Positions 1-12,602 of a stretch of DNA of 64,000 bases are shown here, one piece after another (the stretch's first letter is position 1; every line of letters starts with the position of its first letter). The stretch is from Scyliorhinus canicula. Taxonomy: Eukaryota. The notes beneath the pieces were generated by a model, which was not told the origin of the DNA, made no database searches, and was given only the letters and a program-made list of their open reading frames with translations. A program made the position numbers and the translations under genes. The stretch lies in NCBI RefSeq assembly GCF_902713615.1, contig NC_052152.1:52365810-52429809 (forward strand), read 5' to 3'.

Positions 1-134
1 ATTCTACGAGATAGATGAGCACGCCGGGTTCGCCATTGCTGGGGGGTACCTTATATTCCCTAGGCCCCAATTCCCTCCCTACACCTCTTGGCATCACTTT
101 CTTTCTTTACGAAACTCCTTAAAACCTACCTCTG

Positions 135-2550
135 TGACCACAGGCGGATAAGAGCATTAAAAATAGACCAAACATCTGACGCTCTTCAGGAAATAATTAT
201 TTTGGAGGAATTTATAAAGATTCACTTATCGCAGCAGTGAGAACCCATGTGGAAGGGCAAAGAGTTCAAACTGCTAGACAGGCTGCAGAAATGGCTGATG
301 ATTTTGAATTTGTTTATGTTGAATTGATTCATAAAGCAGTTTGGAAACCAATCTGTGAAGGATATAAATTGGGGAAATGAGAAATTCACAGGTGGTCAAT
401 GCAAAGGAGGTTTCGTTGGTGATGTTAGGCAAGTGTGCCCAAGTGAAAAAGGATACCCATTATAGTGGTAGAGAGGTACGAAATGCAAGTGTTTTGATTG
501 TAATAAAGTTTTACATGTTAAGACGCAGTGTTGGTGGCTTAAGTAAAATTCTGGGTTGACAGACTCCGTGAAATCAGATAAGCCAGTGGGTTTTACTGGG
601 GGGGGGTTATTGTCCCAGGGGAAGAGAGTGTACTACCTGTTCAGTGGCTAGTGTATGAGCAGATACCAGAACTTAACAGTTTCATTTGGGAACACACGGT
701 TTACTCATAGAACATAGAAGGTGGAGTAGGTAAGGGGCTGGTTTAGCACAGGGTCAAATATCTGGCTTTTAAAGCAGACCAAGGCATGCCAGCAGCGCAG
801 GTTCAATTCCCATACCAGCCTCCCCGAAGTCGCCGGAATGTGGCGACTAGGGGCTTTTCACAGTAACTTCAATTGAAGCCTACTTGTGACAATAAGTGAT
901 TTTCATTTCATTATAAGAAGATTAAGATCTTAAGGGATACAGGAGCAAGTCAATCTTTAATGAGGAGAGATTAGGAGATGTCTGGTTTGGAAAGAGCATT
1001 GCCAGAAAAAGTGGTAATATGCGGGATTAGTGGTGAGAATAGTGTGCCAATATGTAAGGTAAGGTTAGAGGGCCCAGTGAAAGTGGTAGTAGGAGTAATA
1101 CTGAAATTACCTTTTTCAGGGGTACAATTTATCCTAGGTAATGATATAGCTGAATCACAGGTGGGAGTGCAGCCTAATGTGATTGAAAAGCAAATAGAAA
1201 GTCAAACAACTTGCAAGAAGTATATCCAGGAGTATTCCTGGATTGTGTGGCAACCTGATCACAAAGCCACAGGTTGAGACAGGAGGGAGGAATAGAACTT
1301 GAGAAGTACCCATAGGGAGGCTGAGGGGCAGTTGTCAGAAGCCATGTTTGAACAGATGGTTAGTAAAGAATGAAAGCACGTGGTTGATGATGCTGGTATC
1401 TTACTGCAAGTAAGTTGGTTGAATTACAACAGAAAGATTCAGAGATAAAGCAGTTACATCAGAAAGTATATACAGAAATGTAATCTGAGTATATGCTGGA
1501 GTGTTATTACATTAGAAGTAATATATTAAAGAGAAAATGGAGACCGTTACACATTTAAGCAGATGAGAAATGGGCAGAAGTTCATGAAGTGGTATTCATA
1601 GAATTCAGTGCAAAGGAAGCTATTTGGCCCATCGACTCTGCGCTTGTATTACCGGTAGGTTACAGAAAGGAGGTTTTGTGGGTAGCACGAGGTTCCAGTC
1701 GGGAGCGATTTAGGAGCACGGAAAACTCAAGCAAAAATACAAAAATATTTTTACTGGCCTAGACTGCATTAGGATGCAGTTAAATTTTGCAATACGTGTA
1801 TATATGTCAGGTAATAGGGAAACCTCAGGCAGTAATCAAATCAGCCCATTAAATACCCATTCCAGCATTTTGAGGAACCTTTTAGTAGGGTCCTAATTGA
1901 GTGGGACCTCTGCTTAAAACCAATAGAGAGAATGAGTATCTGTTGACTATAATGGATGTGTTTACTAGTTTTCCGGAGGCAATTCCATTTCAAACATTAC
2001 ATCTAAGAGGGTTGTAGAAGAGATAACCACATGTTTTACTAGATATGGACTACCAAAAGAAATGCAGTCAGATCAGGGATCCAATTTTATGTCAAAATTA
2101 TTATAGGAAGTTATGGAGCACTTATGAATAAAGAAATTTAACTCAACAGCGTACCATCCAGAATCACAAGGAACGTTAGAAGGGTGGCAAACTCTAAACA
2201 CCATGTTGAGGGCCTATAGTCAGGATCACCCAGAGGATTGGGATAAAGGAATTCCAATTATACTATTTGCAATTAGGGATGCACCTAATTAATGAACTAC
2301 ATCAGTCCACTTAAATTGATACTTGATCATGAGGTAAGAGAACCACTTATATTGATCAAAGAGAAATTGGTGACTTAGTGTTGTTGGACTATGTGTCAAA
2401 CGTTAGGGAGAGATTAACTAGGGTTGGGGAGTTGGCTAGAAAGCATTTAAAATTGTCACATGATGAAAAAAGCATTGAAATCAAAAATGCATAATTTTGT
2501 TAGTGGCGAGTACTCGTATTGTTACCAGTGGTAGGTGTGCAGTGGAACCT
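135..2550 (+). mobile_element. Decayed Gmr1-like Ty3/Gypsy remnant (SCAN-like gag, CCHC, protease, integrase)
   Basis: ALQEIIILEEF..VRTHVEGQRVQTARQAAEMADDF (181-310); CFDCNKVLHVKTQC (~490-531); KILRDTGASQSLM (921-962); integrase YWPRLH*DAVKFCNTC, MDVFTSFPEAIP, QSDQGSNF, AYHPESQG (1640-2330). Many stops and frameshifts. Confidence 0.85.
734..912 (+). mobile_element. Short tRNA-type SINE inserted in the Gypsy remnant
   Basis: ggggctggtttagcacag head, ggttcaattcc B-box, tail gtggcgactaggggcttttcacagtaacttc...cctacttgtgacaataa, ends in (ttca)n. Confidence 0.8.
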
Positions 2551-3759
2551 CGGATGGAGATCATGAAATTTCAGTTTGTTGCCATGCAAGTCAAACCATC
2601 ATGGCTGAAGCTCCATTGCTCAAAGGGACTGTCAGGCTCTCACAGCAGTCGAACAATCTATGCTCATTAGCTTGCAGAGGTGGCACCAATGGGAGTAACA
2701 GCAAAAATGGCCCATAGACGACAGCATGTGTCCCCCAACCACTGCCATTCTCCTTGCTGTTGCCTGCCATTCAACCAGTCCAGGCTGCTGTCCTCCTATG
2801 CCAACATGTACGCAGTCCAAAGCTGGGTCTCGAGGCTGAGGACTGCTTGACATTGTCCTGCAAGACTATTTGTAGTCTGCCCCATTGAAAGTCATCAGTC
2901 TTCTGCTATGCTGCAACCAGTAGGTTGTATATGGACAGGCAACGTCAGGCAACTAAGGGAGTGCACAAGGATGAGTAGTTAATTGTTTGCATAATTTTAT
3001 TTGTTTTTTTGCGACTTGTTGCTGTTCGATGGTGGCCAAGGGGAAAGCTATAATGGGGCAATTTAAGTGGAGTAATTATCACTGAAAACGGTATCAATAA
3101 TCTGCTCTGAGGGGTCATCTGATTTATAGAGGGCTAGGATCCCTTCACCTTCTTCCCTCACTACAGAGCGTCCCCTCTCTGCATCGTCTACATCTTTTCA
3201 TAGTCATGTTACAGGCAGAGAGGCACTGCCATCATAACTCCTCTATCTGGTATCTCTTTGATTTAACTTACTATTTCTGACATGCTGTAGTTGTTGGTCA
3301 GTGTAGCAGCCCTCAGTGAGACCCCAGGGATTCAAAGATGGGCAAGTACGAAAAAAGTGCTTCAGAACCAAGAGAGGTTTTCCAATTTCTCCAGGTTACA
3401 TTCTGTAGGTAGTGAGCTGGGTTGGGCCCATTGGTGACACTACTGCAAGAACCAAAAAAATCCTGAATGGAGCTGGCCCTGCACAAATGTTGCATCAGAT
3501 AACCTTTAGAAGGCATAGTCCTGCACAATTGAAGCTGTTTGCCCCCACTGTGCAGAGGTGAAACATATAAAAACAGTGCAAGATGGAGTGGAGGGAATAG
3601 AAAAGATCAGAGTGAAAGACAGGAGTCAGTTACTGAGAGATAGGCTCCCAGAAATATTTTTCCCATCCGTCTCTAAGCAATGCCACAGTATGAACTAGTA
3701 AGGAATGAACATTTTCTAGAAACATTCAGCAATCAGATGAATACAAACCATGAACAAAC

Positions 3760-3765
3760 TTTAAT
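3760..3765 (-). promoter_or_regulatory. Candidate distal polyadenylation signal ATTAAA
   Basis: Minus strand gttaATTAAAgtttgttcatggtttgt, with GT/T-rich downstream sequence at the edge of the repeat-free zone. Confidence 0.35.
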
Positions 3766-6222
3766 TAACACAAAGCTTTTAGAGTTTTATGTACATACAT
3801 TTGGGAAAAAATGCAACCTGCTGTGCTAAGAAACGGTTCTGTACATTTGCACAGAAGTTTAAACAATTTTTTATAAACTTAAATGCTAAAAAGTTTGCAT
3901 GTTAAAAATTTTAGTTGAACTATTTTTTTGTCCTTTTGATTTCACGCTGACATATTTGGTTAACCCATGTGTACAAGGCAATCACCAAAAGAATATGTTT
4001 AGGAAATCTCCAAGTCGAAAATGATTTTTCAGATCTGTACCCTGAAGGGAATATGTCAGATTCTTTTAACAGTTGAAATAATAATTCAAGAAATCATAGA
4101 GAAAATTAGCTGCTTTTCCAACTGAGCACCAGAATGTGCTTTTAAGATGGGTCGTACCTAAAATGACCTCAGCAGGAAATCATTCCGCAAAGCCTCGGCA
4201 TGGGGGAGGGGGAATTAAGATTGAAAATCCATGATTTTTATACGAGTGGGTATAGCACAGACACATCTTTTGGAAGTGTGGCCAATCTTAAACTACAGCC
4301 AGGTACACCCTGGTAACTTGGTTTTGACAAAGAAACATTTCTCAATTAGATCTTTTTTTTAAAAAACACTACTACCTCCCACTAGTGTGAAATCTAAACC
4401 GCCATGGAGTAAAAGTCAATTGCTAAATGGTATCTGGATTTTTTTTTTTTTAAATCAAGAGGAGGTGATTCAAACTGGATCAACACATTCCCCTTGACTT
4501 GCCACGCATCAAAAAATCCCTGTAAGGTGCAATCAGGCATGCCTGCATCGTTCCTGAACAGGCCCTATTTTGTGATTGACCATTTTAAGAATTTAACATG
4601 CTGCTTCCTTGCAAAGGAAAATGCCAGAGAAAAAAAAATCTTTGGGTCACACTCTGTAAGCGTCAGCAGCAAAGCCAGTCAAAAATGACTTAATTTTCAG
4701 ACAAAACAAACGTGGGGCCGGAAATTTGAATGTCTCAAGCACCTGCCTTGGATCTCAACACGTAATTCCTGCAAAATCCGGAGGTTAATTCTGATATGGT
4801 GTGTTTGAAATTGGCTGGCCGGTTCATTCTATCACCATCTAAACCATTGAATATTTGACACAAAATACAAGATTTAAAAAAAGTACAATTTGGAAATCTG
4901 AAGTAACGAGTATCATAATACCCAAGATTAGTTTAACTGTATTTCCAGAGCTAGTCTGATCCACACTGACAAAGATCAAGGGAAGAGATTCCCTTGGTTA
5001 AAACAAAATTGAGCAGGAGAAATGGATTGTGGGCAACTGGCAGATAAGTGGTTGTGACTAGTTATTAACGTTATCGGTTTAAGTGCCATTGTATAAAAGC
5101 CATTACTTAAAATCTAAGCCCAAATCAATTTAAACATCTTTTTACTGAACACATTTCAGTGATTCAATTAAATAGTTGAAAAGGCTTGTTATGGTAGTAA
5201 TTCTCACTAAATGACATTGGCACTTGGTTTGTTTGCTAATCACATACACATCCTGAACACAAAAGTAGTTATTTGCTTCTTAAGAAAGCGCCAGAGACAA
5301 TAGAAAACTGGTGTTGCACTTCATTGTTTTCTCTTATTAATTACCATGCTTCACTTATCCTGCAAGTGAGAGGCTAGCAGTGTATGGCCATTGTACTGTT
5401 CTACAAACAAATATTCAGGCCCAGATTTCCCTCCAGTTAGGTTCATTGCCCAAGGAGTGCGAGAGGCTGAACTGGCCTTTTAATGTGATGATGATATTTA
5501 GCAATGCAAGCATGGTTTCTGGCAGTGGAAGCAAGCCTACTTCTACCAGGAGGGAATGATAATACAGCAGTGCTACAGTCGGCAAGGTTATAGGCCCAAG
5601 AGGAGAGGCTTCCATTATTGGGTCCCACTCCCCCCAGGAACTGTTTCAATTGGCCTTGCAGTATTGCCTCAAGACCTCTACAATTACCCATCTCCTAGCA
5701 GGCATTGGGATCAGAATCTGCAGCAATAGAATGCAGGAGAATTGGGCAAATTTCTTGGACTCCGCCCTCTGCCAACAAGAATGTGATGAGGTGATGAACG
5801 GGCAGCCAACTGCCTCCCCAGCTAGGGCAGGAGGAAAATCCACAGTGGTGTTGTTAGGGGCGGACAAACGGCAAGTAGGCCTCTTTACCCAAATTCATGT
5901 TTCCACTGCAGAGCAGCTAATTTAGGTCAGTTATCAAGGAAGGAAAGAAAGCATTTGATCATGTTCCCCAACAGTCGCAGTGTGTAAAATAGGAGGAAGA
6001 GAGACAATCAATGAGATTCCTCATCTTGTCTCTCCAGTATCTGCATTAACATTGTGAGCTGCTTAACCAGGGATAAAATGATCTTCAATACAGTGCCAAG
6101 ACAGGGCTGGCAAATTAAAACTATTTAGAAACCAGCCCACCTCTGGAGTTCAAAAAAAGGTTAAAAAAGAAACTAAGATCAAAACAGTGTGTCGTAAGCA
6201 GCAAGTATAAATAGAAACAGGA

Positions 6223-6228
6223 TTTATT
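6223..6228 (-). promoter_or_regulatory. Candidate proximal polyadenylation signal AATAAA
   Basis: Minus strand ccAATAAAtcctgtttctatttatac, followed by T-rich sequence. Confidence 0.35.
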
Positions 6229-7194
6229 GGATGATGCCATATCACATGGAATTACTTGCTGCAGCAACAGTCACCAATTGAGAACTTTAAAAAATAATTT
6301 CTTTAAAACTCCATGAATTGCAACACCACCTTAACTTACATAAACTATATGGATGCTGAAGCAGATGCTTTGTACCACAGATTGCACTGTGCTGTACTGG
6401 AGTGGGCTGTGTCACAATCAATATCCTTTCGGATAAATTTCAACCTGTGCATGTTCAAAGGCATCAATGAACCGTTGCACAATTATTCCCTCTTAATCAT
6501 GTCTTAGGAATGCATTGTATATAATGGAATCTCTGTCCCTCCCTCTAAACACAAAGGAAAAAAAACACGTCTTCTGTTGCAAGCCATTTTAGTCTATGGC
6601 AGTGAAACCATTGGTCTTTCTTGCGAGCCAGTCAGTCTTCTATGTTCCAGGACGGTATTAACATTGTTAATTTTGCTGGTTTCAGCTTTTGTAAGCAAGC
6701 TGCGCGAACTTGGCACTCTGCTCAAATTAATATTTCACTGCAATTTTGAACTTGAATTTGCAGAACAAACCTCCACCCATATTACCATCCAAGGAAATAA
6801 TATTCAGGTTACACCCTGAGCCCATTAATAACCTGAAACCACAGTAATGGTGACTGACCAGCAGAGACCAAGGAAACGTGGCTGGTGTTAGATCTTCTCT
6901 ACAGACATATGGTCAGATGTGGAGAAACATTGGCAGTATCTCTATATAGTACCACTTGCTGCACAAAAGGAATAATTAACAAAATCACACTGACATTCCC
7001 AGTGTCTTTACCCCACTCTGAATATCGGAACATGGCTTTAAAAAAAAACAAAATTACAATCATTGCACATGTTAACATTCTAAAGAATACATAACACCTC
7101 CTCAACATCTGCTCCTTTCCACCCCAAATTGCAGAGCGTAGGTAGTTTCTGCAGTTCATCCAATGGTCACCCTGCAATACTGCAGGAGAACGTC

Positions 7195-7358
7195 TCAATC
7201 CGTGCCCATCGGAATTAATCTGTGCTGCTCATATCTTGGTGTAATTCTCTCCCCGGAGCAGTATCGAGAGGCACACTTTCCAATTGCACAGGCAAGAATT
7301 CCAAATAACAAGGCAAAACCAATCCCATATATCAAAGGCATCTTAAAGGAATCAATCA
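7195..7358 (-). CDS. PTGFRN: PTGFRN exon 9 (coding part): TM helix and cytoplasmic tail; absent from the ORF track
   Basis: Long pyrimidine tract, cccctccag|TG ATT GAT; VIDSFKMPLIYGIGFALLFGILACAIGKCASRYCSGERITPRYEQHRLIPMGTD*, comparable to human VLNAFKYPLLIGVGL...RRRLMSMEMD*. Confidence 0.92.
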
Positions 7359-7429
7359 CTGGAGGGGAAAAAAGGAAGAGGATGAAGAAAAGAAAGTCAG
7401 TACATTTGTTTTGGTGAACAGAGCAGGAG

Positions 7430-7873
7430 CAGTGTCTCAGTCTGGCAGGTTAAACAGTAGTTTTAGACAAGCAAGAATCTGCAAGCTGAGTCCTGAGTGA
7501 TCTCTCTATCTCTAAGCAGGGTATCCAATATATTTTTTATTAAGCAGGCATTCCTGGGTCTGCTAATTGCATTGAAAAGTGGATTTAGACCAGATATGGG
7601 TTTTGCTCGAGTTAAAAGATAGCAGTCAGATTTATTGTTTCATTATACTATTAACTATAATTTAATGGCCAATTGTAAGAGGGTTTTCTTGCATGAGGCC
7701 AAAGTTATTTTAATTCTGTAATAAAATCTGTTTTAATATACCATATTTCTATTTGTGTAGAATCACTCCTGAAGCAAGGTATCCTTTCCTAACAGACTTA
7801 CAAAATAAATAAAATATTGGGGTTTCTGTCTGGTATCCTAGCAACTGTTGGGGTCTGGCCTGGGATCATAACA
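7430..7873 (+). mobile_element. LTR-like fragment in intron 8
   Basis: AATAAA motifs and a ...ggggtctggcctgggatcataACA terminus; 5' end and TSD not found. Confidence 0.4.
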
Positions 7874-9244
7874 AGTCTTTCTGAATTGCATTTTTGAGTC
7901 TCACATCTATTCAGCCCTTCACAGCATCCTGATCATACTGTTGGTCTTTATATTGCCTTTATAGTTCATTTCTCATTAAACAGCAATTTTAAAACTATTT
8001 CTCACTCTTGTTTATCTTTCCATTCTTTCTCATCCAATATCTGTTAATTACTACAGTACTCAAAACTGGTTGGAGGGGAGAAATGTATTAACCAGTGACT
8101 TTACAACTGCATGAAAAGAACTAGGATTATCTTGTTTAACAATGTTGATAATTAAATAATCACAAAATAATTATGGCTAAAAATGAGCCCAGTTGATGCA
8201 TCCCCCTCTACATTCACTATACTCAGTGTATATCTCTATGATCAGAGAAACATAAGAGAATATTTTGTGGCTAATGCTGTAAAATGTGAGGATTATGTAC
8301 TTCATCTTGTAGTTCGGAGCTCAGTATCAATGTCACAGCTGCAAGAAATCCCAGCCATGTAATCAAACCAGCTTTTCTTACATGTTTACTTTCGCAAGAT
8401 GAGCAATTACTGTGTTGTCATAGAAACATTCTCCTCACAACACTGCTCAACAGCTTTCAGGATGTCACCATCTCAAAATAGATTTGGGCACAAAAAAAGA
8501 GCTATTCTACCACAAGCATCCTGATGCACTGGACTGTTAGGCACAGCAAATTCCAGAATTGGAAGACATTGTAAAAGGACTACCTAACCTTCACATTAAC
8601 CGAGTAAAATGTGCTGGTCCCTTCACAAGCACGCAGTCCATCCGTTGGATTTTCTAGCATTTGGTCAATCTAACATTGATGGAATAGGAAAGTCTTTTCC
8701 CGTAGATGGCAAGAGGTGAACCATAAACATGGCATTCTGCCCAGAGTCAAATCTGCAGCCAGTATATGCATAAATGTTCAAAATAGTCTGTAAACATTCT
8801 GAGCTTAACCAGTGATCTTGCTTACTTATAAAAGACATTTCCAATTGATCTCAACAGCTATTTTGACAAAAGCTGCTGCTGCTGCCTCTAGACCAAAAGG
8901 TTCAAGAGACGCAACATCACTGGTACAAGGGCCAACTGTTGTCTGCTAAATCTGCTTTTGGAGGTTGATCATTGTTCTGAACTGAATCAAGGCTTTTCCC
9001 TAATGTTTAAAGTTACTGCCTAGTTTAACAAGTTCTAGAGGTTTGAACTTCGGTCCTCAGCATCAAGTTAGTTATTCTCAGCCAGGTGCTACCATGGGCT
9101 TTAGGTGTCCTCGAGCTGGGAAGGGAGAAGAGGAACAATTTTTTAAAATGTTATTGCTCTTGCTTCCCATCTATTTACTGATCTGGAAAAGTAAACGTGT
9201 GCATCTGTGAACACTGGGTGAAGAATTGGACTGTGATGTAAGAT

Positions 9245-9554
9245 GCGGCACGGTCACACAGTGGTTAGCACCATTGCTTCACAGCGTCAGGGACCTGGGT
9301 TCGATTCCAGGCTTGGGTCACTATTGATGCAAAGTCTGCACGCTCTCCCCTTGCCTGTATGGGTTCCCTCCGAGTGCTCCGGTTTCCTTCCACAAAGGCC
9401 TGAAAGAAGTTAGGTGAATTGGACATTCTGAATTCTCCCTCTGTGTACCCGAACAGGCGCCAGAGCTTGGCGACTAAGGGATTTTCACAGTAACTTCATT
9501 GCAGTGTTAATGTAAGCCTACTTGTGACAATAATAAATATTATATATTATTATT
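9245..9554 (+). mobile_element. V-SINE with alternative (non-CR1) tail
   Basis: tRNA head, V-domain gtgctccggtttccttccaca..., tail cccgaacaggcgcc...gtgacaataataaa. Confidence 0.85.
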
Positions 9555-9630
9555 AGCAACTCCAACCATATCCAAGAACAAAATACTGGTTTGCTCAATG
9601 GCATCTCCTTAATGAGCAAAACAAACTAAC

Positions 9631-9933
9631 CTGAAATATCAACGCGTATGGAAAGCAAATCAGATTGCTGTCGAGGCATTTTCTGCCACCCTCCAGACTC
9701 TGATTTTATCCAAGGTGTGACTGTGCAGAAATAATCGCCAGCAACATCTTTCTCAGAACAGTGTAGTCGTAGACGGAATTCATGTGTACTGACTCGTTCA
9801 ACACTGATGTCGCTGGTGCTACCATCCTTCAGATAGGTCACCACTGACCTCTCATCCACTGACACCAGAGGACTTTGGCTTGTGTTATTGGAGAACCTTT
9901 GGGTCACGAACCATTCGACCTCATACAACACAT
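9631..9933 (-). CDS. PTGFRN: PTGFRN exon 8: C-terminal part of Ig domain 6
   Basis: cctcctcctag|AT GTG TTG; DVLYEVEWF...ERVSTHEFRLRLH...GDYFCTVTPWIKS; donor G|gttagt. Confidence 0.94.
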
Positions 9934-10624
9934 CTAGGAGGAGGAAGATCAATTAATTATTGGGCCACTATAATCATTGGCACATTCAAATTCAATTCAA
10001 CTCTTAAGACTCAATTCCTCCTCTCCATCCAGTTTCCTTCCTTACCGTAAAAACAGGATTTGACATATTTAGCAACTGTGAAATTATGATTATATGTTGA
10101 AACTTAGAGACTGTCAGTATTCCAAGATTAGAGTATTCCTTAATGATTGCAATCAAAATAGATTGCAGAGAGAGAAAAGGGAAGAGAATTAGTCTGTTAT
10201 GCAGGCAGAATGAGCAAGTCAAAAGGAGGGCAGTAGTTTCCTGCAAATAAGCCAAGAAAACCAAGTCATGCTCATAAAATCCTTTCCACCAACACTTCCA
10301 TATTAAAACAAAACAGAAGGATATAGATTAAGGGATACACATGCGCACACTTTGCTGTAGGAGTGGATCTCAGTTGTGAGACTGCCCTTGCCCATTTAAT
10401 CTCAGCAACATTTTGTATGGCAAGCTGCTCAAAGTGCAAGCTGGATACTGCAGTGAGAAAAATCAGGCATCTTGGCCCAATGTTAACAGGGCAAGTACCA
10501 ATCAGATTGAAGGACTATGAAATAAACAGACAAAAGATAGAGAAAGTGAAAATTAGACTGGGTGAATTTGATCAGGTACGAAAAGAGAGAAAATAAAGAT
10601 TGGATTAAAGTCAGAAAACACAAA

Positions 10625-11775
10625 AAATAGAAATAGGATTAGGAAACCAAGCCCTTCAAGCCTGACCTGCCATTCAATATAACGTATACAAGCTTCAACT
10701 CCTTTTCTGTGCTATTTCCCCATAGCCCCTCTATTCCGAGATCTATCAAATATTTATCCACCTCCACTTTAAATACTCCGAATGATCCAGCCTCCATCAT
10801 CCTCTGGGGCAGAGAATTCTGGAGATTCGCCACCCTCTGAGAAGAAATTTCTACACAAACTTGTTTTCAATAAGTGGCCCTTTATCTTGTAGCTTGTTCC
10901 CTTTGTTCGAGATTCTTCTACCAGTGAAAACATCTCCCCATCTACCCTGTCAGGCCACCTCAGGATCTTACATGTTTGAATAAGTTCACCACTCACTCTT
11001 CTAAACTCCAAGAAAAACTCCCAATACAGACCCAGACTATTTAGTCTCTCCTGATAGAATAGCCTCTCCTTTGGACTTCCTCCAGTGTTACTATATCTTT
11101 GAGGCAAACTGTATGCAATATTCCAGGAGAGGTCTCATCAACACCCTGTACAATTGCAACAAACCCACCCTATTCTTAAACTCCAACCCCTTTGCAATAA
11201 AGGCCAAAATGGCATTTGCCTTGTTAACCTGCCTGCTACTGTTTTGTGATTCATGGACTTAAACCCCTAAACCCACTCTACTTCACTCACCTACAGTCTC
11301 TCTCCAGTTAGATAACAATCTGCCTTTTGATTCCTCCTACCAACGTGCATGATCTCAAACGTTCCCACATTAAACTCCATTTGCCAGGTTTTCACCTAGC
11401 CACCTAATCTATCTATATCCCATTGCAGAATTACCATATCCTCATCACAGCATGCCCTCCACCTATTTTCATATCATCAGCACATTTGGAAACCCTACAT
11501 TCTGTTCTTTCGTCCAGGTCATTATGTAATTAGTGAACAATTGCAGGCGAAGAACTGATCCCTGCAGTACTCCACGAGTTACATATTTCCACTTTGAAAA
11601 GGACCCATTTATTCCAACTCTTTTTTCTCTGTGACAGCCAGTTTAAAATCCATGCTAACACTCTTCCTCCAACCCATTCGCTTTGACTTTGTGCATCAGT
11701 CTCTTTTGGAAATCTAAATACACTACATCTACAGCTTCCCCTCTATCTAAGAATTTGAACCAATTTATCAAATGT
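10625..11775 (-). mobile_element. CR1 LINE 3' fragment
   Basis: Minus-strand RT C-terminal text (ERLNSLGLY..LEFRRVSGELI) and CR1 3'UTR. Confidence 0.8.
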
Positions 11776-11854
11776 GATTTAGCGTGAAAAGGAGAAAAAG
11801 TTTATTGTTTTAAACTTCACTTTTAAAATATTGGAGGGAATGTGACTGCAGGAC

Positions 11855-12602
11855 TGTAATAGTTATTTGGTATCAGAGAGACTTATTGGCAAGTAATTAT
11901 TAACATTTTTTTGTGTTGACCTACCAGGGCCAAGCTTTATGGCCAATTAAATCAGATATTCTAAATTAAAGAATTGGGCATTTTATAATCATACAGCCGT
12001 CAAACCTCAGGTAGGCTGTTGGAATTCAGACTTGAACAAGTCAAATACACAAACAACAGACAAGCTGCCAATCACCCATCAGGAGAATATCACACCCTAC
12101 TGATATTGCATAGGTATTGTCAGTAGCCCAGATTGGGCCAGACTTGAGGTGGGCTCAGGTGTCCTGTCAAACGGACATCAACCGAACCATTGGGTACTAA
12201 GACCCACTCCTGAGACATCATTGGCAGAAAGCCTGCGGAAATGGCAAAAGGGCGCGATAGGAGGAGAATTAAAATAGATACTCCAGACTCCCCTACAGCG
12301 AAGATTCGATGTTGGAAGTGACCTTGACCAGATCAGAGAAGGAAAGAGAGAAAAGAAGGAAGCTACTGCCAGCGTGAACCGTCTTCGCGATGACGGACCA
12401 GAGAAATGCAGTGATCGAATCCATAGCCCTACCAAGCCATCTTTTCGGGTATCTTAAACTGATCTTGGGTGCCTCTGGAGAATATTTCCGGGTTAATTGC
12501 GTTAAATAAAGTTTGCTGAATTTGAATGCGTTTGTGGTTTGTTTTCCTCGCTATTAAAAGATACCTTTGCAAGTGAACTGGTCGAAAGTATGAGGTTTTA
12601 CA
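11855..12602 (+). mobile_element. Possible solo LTR
   Basis: TG...CA termini and AATAAA ~95 nt from the end; no matching TSD. Confidence 0.3.

Larger units (their letters stand above)
3745..7194 (-). other. PTGFRN: Probable PTGFRN 3'UTR (~3.4 kb)
   Basis: AT-rich stretch after the stop codon with no recognisable SINE/LINE copies; ends near an ATTAAA. The 3' end is inferred. Confidence 0.5.
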
